Origin: Eledone cirrhosa
Taxonomy: Eukaryota
Length of the DNA: 64,000 nucleotides
Reading direction: 5' to 3'
Assembly: GCA_964016885.1 (NCBI GenBank)
Contig: OZ024749.1
Location: 16,182,001 to 16,246,000, forward strand
The notes under the pieces were generated by a model. It made no database searches and had not been told where the DNA came from. It saw only the letters and a program-made list of their open reading frames with translations. Of this stretch, positions 57,896-64,000 are shown piece after piece. Each line of letters opens with the position of its first letter. Position 1 is the stretch's first letter. Made by a program: the position numbers and the translations under genes.

Positions 57896-58098
57896 TTCTT
57901 TTTGTTCTCGATTCAAACGATTCAAGAACAACGTTTAAAACACAGTTGTAGAATTAAAAGCTAACTGAAAAGAAATATTACCCAAGCTGTGAATAACTTT
58001 AAATTTGATTCTGACAGAACTTTGTCGAAATTTTTAAAGAAGATCATCGACTATTTTGAAAAATAAATACGAAATATTAGTGAATAGACGAACTCATC

Positions 58099-58267
58099 AT
58101 GGCAAAAAGTACAAGTCTCCTTCGACCAAATCGCAACTACAACTGTTGTATACAGTGGAGCTACGAGCTTAACAAAGTACTATATGAAGCATACAAACAA
58201 TCTGAACCCCAAAAGTTCGGTTTTATGCAAAGGCATACATACATATCAGAGTTTTCCTTCTCCTAGA

Positions 58268-58301
<34 letters not shown>

Positions 58302-59265
58302 CATACAAACATAAATACATAAGATCATGAGAGTTGGGAAGGAACTAGTGAATCCATGAATGAACAACTGCATGCTTATCAGCAAAAAGTCATGCATGGA
58401 TATGTTGCCAGGAAGCTCCTAGAGTGAGAGTAATATAGATAAACAAAGTAGTCTATCTTGGACCAACAACCGCTATATTGGCTCCCACTTTGAAGGATAT
58501 GCTTTTGCAATGCAAGAACAAGAAATCAACACAAAATACCTGATTCACAAAAGAGATAGGGATGCAGGCAAAACACCTAGAAGTGACAACAAGTTTATCC
58601 TCTGCAGAATTGATATCGAAAAAGTCACCCATGTCATAAGCAGCTGTCCAAAGACGTCACCAAGGTACTATGAGGCCAAAACACTGTACAATTCAATCCG
58701 TAGAAAAGATAGCCCCGACAATAAACATATTAAAAGTTACAGCAATGTGGAAGACATACAAATACATAATATGAAAGAATGCTGGTGGAATGTTCCAGTA
58801 AAAATCCCAATAAAATACAGGCACAACAGACCAGATTACAGCAATGTGGAAGACATACAAATACATAATATGAAAGAGTGCTGGTGGAATGTTACAGTAA
58901 AAAGCCCAATAAAATGCAGGCATAACAGACCAGATATAATGCTATGGGACAGGGGAAAGAAGGCATGCACAAGTGGAAGTTAGCTGTCCAGCAGATTCCA
59001 ATATAATATCAAAGATTAGCGGAGAGGAGAATATCTATGCAGAACTAATGAGAAATCTGCAGATACTCCACCCTGACTATACCTTCAGATTTATACCTGT
59101 GATTATTGGGGCGCTGAGATATGTTAGTAACTGCCTCAATACAAATCTTGAGAAGCTGGGCTTCATAGAAATAGAAGGAACACGACTAATTAGGAAATTA
59201 CAAGTACAATCCATTAGTGGAACACTAAAAATATGTAAAACATTCCAAAACATTATCAAGTTATG
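58099..59265 (+). pseudogene. Internally deleted R4/Dong-like RLE non-LTR retrotransposon
   Basis: N-terminus MAKST...WSYELNKVLYEAYKQSEPQKFGFMQR; C-terminus AMQEQEINTK, LCRIDIEKVTHVISSCP, HNRPDIMLWD..EVSCPAD, IPVIIGAL; RT domain absent; 99-bp in-frame duplication 58738-58935. Confidence 0.8.
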
Positions 59266-59379
59266 TTCCAAACACCAGCTTAATGATGTAAAAGTTAGTC
59301 ATATTACTAAGCCCCTTCAAATCCTTGATTATGTAAAACATTATTTGAAAATCATTGGCGGTGTTTTTTAATTGGAATA

Positions 59380-60095
59380 CGATAGTGACAGGGTTAATAA
59401 CATGGGTAGTGTCTTTCATTAGAAATATGGTAGTGAAAGGGTTAATGACATAGGCAGTGTCTATCATTAGAAATATGGTAGTGAAAGGGTTAATGACACA
59501 GTGTATATCATTAAGAAATATGATAATTGTTTCTACTTCAGGCACAAGGCCAGCAATTACCCAGTGCATTACTGGTACTTTATTTTATCGACCCCGTAAG
59601 GATGAAAGGCAAAGTCAACCTCGTCGGGATTTGAACTCAGATCGTAAAGGGACGTAACTATGCTGGAAAGCATGGCGTCCGACCCTCTACCGATACTGCC
59701 AATCCACCGCCTATTAAGAAATATGATAATGAAAGGGTTAATGACATAGTGTATATCATTAAGAAATATGATAATGAAAGGGTTAATGACATAGTGTATA
59801 TAATTAAGAAATATGGTAGTGAAAGGGTTAATGACACAGTGTATATCATTAAGAAATATGATAATGAAAGGGTTAATGACATAGACAGTGTCTTTTCATT
59901 AGAAATACGGTAATTAAAGGGTTAAAGACATAGGTAGTGACTTTCATTAGAAATATGGTAATGAAAGTGGTAATGACATAAACAGTGTCTTTCATTAGAA
60001 ATATGGAAATGAAAGGGTTAATGACATAGACAGTGTCTTTCTATAGATAAATGGAAATGAAAGGGTTAATATAGGTATTGTCATTCATTAGAAAT
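59380..60095. repeat. ~46-bp tandem repeat (tcattagaaatatggtagtgaaagggttaatgaca...) interrupted by a SINE
   Basis: Direct inspection. Confidence 0.85.
59524..59711 (-). mobile_element. tRNA-derived SINE with 18-bp TSD
   Basis: attaagaaatatgataat at 59510-59527 and 59713-59730. Confidence 0.88.
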
Positions 60096-60295
60096 AACCC
60101 CTCTCATCTATAACAAATGCAATTTTGTGTGTGCGTGTTCGCAAATATAACTATTGTATTTACGTATTGAAGTAAATATACAGCCAAATCAAATATGTCC
60201 TTGCCAGTTCGTACCGTTGTCTTATCACGAAAGAAATTTTGTCTTTAAATTATAAACGATTCGCTACACTGCTCACTCTTAGATTAGCAACTATA

Positions 60296-60338
<43 letters not shown>

Positions 60339-60529
60339 CAAAAACAGGTCGGCGAAGACAACGGGAAAACTGGATACACGGGGTAGACCCTACTCATCAG
60401 TCGACCTCTGAAGGTCATTGAGATTTCAGTTTATATATATATATATATATACGATAGATAAACACACCACACACACATACAAATATATATATACGATAGA
60501 TAAATAGATAGATAGAGAGATAGAGAGAT

Positions 60530-60577
<48 letters not shown>

Positions 60578-61203
60578 CACAATACATACATACTTCGTTT
60601 CCATTCTACCACACAAACACACAAACAAACACACATCTAAACACACATACATACGCACAGACACACACACACAATAACAGTTGTGTTAGTTACACGGTTA
60701 CGTCACAATTACGTCAGGCCACCACCAGTCGACAATACTACTGAAAGGCAAAAGAGGAAAAGAGTCGCCATGTTCAATAAAAATGTCGACAGTGAAACTG
60801 GTTAATCGGTAAAACTCCAAACATATCCTCAGGTGTAAAGCACAGTTTGGTCTCCGGAGACGAGAGGCTTTAACTTCCATTTCGAAATTAGAATTATCTA
60901 GAAGAAACTAAATTTAGTCCCTACTTTCATATTTATTTCGTTTTATTTCGCTGTTTTCGGCGGTTCAATTTATATTCTGTGTTCTATGTTTTCTGTCGAA
61001 AAACGAAAAGGAATCTTGAAAATGGCTAATAGATTTCCAAATATAATATCTATGCGTGTGTCTGTGTGCCTATGTGTGTCTATGTGGCTATATCTGTGTG
61101 CCTATGTGTGTGTGTGTGTCTGTGTGTGTGTGTGTGTGTCTATGTGTATATGTATGTGTGGATCTGTAAATTTATATGTATATATTTATGTATACATATA
61201 TGG

Positions 61204-61235
<32 letters not shown>

Positions 61236-61244
61236 GTACGTATG

Positions 61245-61281
<37 letters not shown>

Positions 61282-61337
61282 GTATGTATGTATATATATA
61301 TATATGTACGTATGTATGTATATATATATATAAATGT

Positions 61338-61394
<57 letters not shown>

Positions 61395-61577
61395 CATATA
61401 TATACACACACATACACATATATATACATATATATATATATATACATATATACTCTTTTACCTGTTCCAGCCATCCGGCTGAGGTCATGCTGGATATATA
61501 TAATTAGCCAAATAAACTATACATCCTCCTACCCGCTTATCAAACTGGCAGGAAGAATTTGTTAAAAATAACCTCAC

Positions 61578-61802
61578 TGAGAGGTGGGGAGCAATGTGGT
61601 AGCATGCTACTACGTCCGTCTCTGAGAGGTGGGGAGCAATGTGGTAGCATGCTACTACGTCCGTCTCTGAGAGGTGGGGAGCAATGTGGTAGCATGCTAC
61701 TACGTCCGTCTCTGAGAGGTGGGGAGCAATGTGGTAGCATGCTACTACGTCCGTCTCTGAGAGGTGGGGAGCAATGTGGTAGCATGCTACTACGTCCGTC
61801 TC
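61578..61802. repeat. 45-bp perfect tandem repeat x5
   Basis: ctgagaggtggggagcaatgtggtagcatgctactacgtccgtct. Confidence 0.97.
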
Positions 61803-61903
61803 TCGGTCAAAACATAGCTCACAGTTTTTCCTCTCTGTTTTTTTCTTCACTTGTTTCCTTAAAGTTTAGCATCATTCCCTTGGTATACATCTATTTCGCA
61901 ATT

Positions 61904-61963
61904 TACACCTGATGAGGTCACCTGGTTCTTACACAACCTGGCCACTGAAATGTGCATAATGTT
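61904..61963 (+). ncRNA. Partly decayed hammerhead ribozyme
   Basis: ACAC CUGAUGA GGUC...CACU GAAA UGUGCA UA/ AUGU; (TA)n about 60 nt downstream. Confidence 0.6.
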
Positions 61964-62412
61964 TGCAGAAATAGATAATTAAGGAAATTCAACATATTTG
62001 GCTTCCTGTCATTTCACTTTATAATATATATATATATATATATATCTGCACATGTCTGTATGTGTGTGTATGTGTGTTTATCTGTAAATATTAGAGTCTG
62101 TGCGTTGTATTAGTGCATGTGCATTTGTATGTGTGCGTGCAAGTATGTTCTATGATTGTATGTATAAATCTGTGTCAATGCATGCATATGTATATATATG
62201 TATATATATATGTGTGTGTGTGTGTCTGTGTGGTATATATGTAAACATGTGTGTGTGTGTGTGTGTTTATACCCGTTTGTGGTTGACGATATATCGATCT
62301 ACCACGATCAATCAACCCTCTGAAACGATTGTAAAACAATGAACTAATTAACTACCTATTTCCTTATGAAAGTATATACTTTCGAACGTTCAACCATCTG
62401 GCAGAAGGGTAT

Positions 62413-62455
62413 ACGGTGCTGATGATAGCTAAGAAGCTTGAAACTAGTACATCGT
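62413..62455 (+). ncRNA. Minimal hammerhead ribozyme
   Basis: ACGGUG CUGAUGA U AGCU AAGA AGCU U GAAA CUAG UA/ CAUCGU. Confidence 0.75.
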
Positions 62456-62796
62456 TCCTGTGTCAGTGTTGAACAAAAAGGTGACGTGGTTGCCTTAACA
62501 CCGTACGGCATAAATCAGGCTGTCCGCTTGTTTACAAACGGACAAAGCGGGCGTTATAATAAACGTCCGCTAAACTGATACGTACATATATATATGTGTA
62601 CCTGTATGTATATATATATATATGTGTACCTGTATGTATATATATATATATATATATGCATGCTACTATACGTCTGTATACATATATGAATGTACGTATA
62701 CATACATACTTACATTTAAGTAAGTGCCGTACTAAGAGTGAGAAATGAAATTTCGTTTCATTATATTATATTATATTATATTATATTATATTATAT

Positions 62797-62905
<109 letters not shown>

Positions 62906-63212
62906 TCTGTGTATATATATATATTACGATAGCCGAATACCAACAAACAACCTATCTCCTTTATAGCAGCTATTCCTCTCCTAAATTCATGTAGTCATAT
63001 ACATTTTGATGTTTCAGAGAAGCCAAATATATTGATGCTTAACGTATTTAGGGATTTATACATTCACCTATAATTTTAACCTTCCTTCTGGATTTGCTCA
63101 AATAATAAAATAATTTCTTTAATCATCCATAACTATAGTTATTTTCTACATTTAGTGAAATGTACGTAATACAAATAAGATGTTAAGATTCTCCCTAGAC
63201 CTTTGGTTGTAA

Positions 63213-63539
63213 TATTGATTTATGTCAGAGACCCAGTTTAAAAATTGCTTCCTTAATCATGAAATGACCTTCAGATACACAAATAAAAGAAACACCAAGA
63301 ATTTAGCAAATAAAATATGGCAACTCAAAGACAAGAATATAGACTTCTCTGTCAAATAGAAGATACTAGAAAAATCTCGACCATATATAAATGAGCTCAA
63401 GGCTTGCAGGTTAACCAACGTCGAGAAATAGTGGATATTGAATAATCTCCACAACAACAAAACACTTAACACACGTACAGAGTTTTTCTCGCGAGGTTCT
63501 CGTGTTTCTAAGTACCTTTTAAAGAACTGGCCTCTTTAA
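63213..63539 (+). pseudogene. Penelope-like GIY-YIG endonuclease C-terminus (Nematis-like), decayed
   Basis: SETQFKNCFLNHEMTFRYTNKRNTKNLANKIWQLKDKNIDFSVK*KILEKSRPY...CRLTNVEK*WIL...LNTRTEFFSR...KYLL; followed by a decayed hammerhead. Confidence 0.8.
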
Positions 63540-63728
63540 TATTGATTTATATCTTTCTTAATCTATTGATTTTTTCTAGTCCCCCCCCCCCTCATAGTTG
63601 TTATCTAATTTCGCCTTTGTTCGTGTTTTTTCGGTCAAATTGTCTCCCCTTGACTATTCTTCTCGCTTTCCCTATTGTACTGTATTTTCCTTTTTGAGTA
63701 AACATTTTCCGGTTCAATCTCATCGGCA

Positions 63729-63775
63729 CAGGTTGATCAAATTGGTCCTCGAAGCTAACGAAACGTACGTACCTG
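63729..63775 (+). ncRNA. Decayed hammerhead in the 3' UTR of the GIY-YIG remnant
   Basis: CAGG UUGAUCA ...GCUAAC GAAA CGUACG UA/ CCUG; two core substitutions. Confidence 0.55.
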
Positions 63776-64000
63776 GTATGACACCGTTGTAGTAACTGGC
63801 CTTAATATTTATATATACATATATGTGTGCATATATATATATATATATGCGAAAAGAAAACGGAAATAACACAACAGTCGGTGAAGTACAAAGAAGATAT
63901 ATATTAGTTTCACGCTTAATATAATGCTAATCACTACAACACATCCGTTTTACACCAGTCACTACAACACATCCGTTTTACACCAGTCACTATAACACTT

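Noticed and set aside
60370-60410. Minus-strand CUGAUGA GUAG-GGU-CUAC
   Set aside because: No GAAA after the stem
61578-61802. CRISPR-like palindromic repeat or 15-aa repeat protein
   Set aside because: No spacers; simple tandem duplication

Overview
Repeat-dominated eukaryotic DNA with no recognisable intact host gene. The (TA)n/(TACA)n/(CA)n microsatellite load and the tRNA-derived SINE family suggest an octopus-like cephalopod genome (inference). Almost all ORFs in the supplied track are microsatellite translation artefacts. Real coding remnants are all transposon-derived: RTE C-terminal zinc fingers, an L1/Tx1 zinc knuckle, an R4/Dong-like restriction-like endonuclease, a Tc1/mariner (maT-like) transposase and a Penelope GIY-YIG domain. 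The main signal is a dense set of short non-coding Penelope-like termini embedded in (TA)n. About 18 hammerhead ribozyme motifs from roughly 10 sequence-unrelated families are visible, most with a palindromic stem III. They are often arranged as fold-back inverted pairs in which only one arm carries a 3' tail. In about 8 unrelated families that tail starts with the same covarying hairpin (ACUC-stem-loop-stem-UN bulge-GAGU-RCU), 4-10 nt beyond the point where the tail-less arm stops. All folds were done by eye; activity and novelty are untested.
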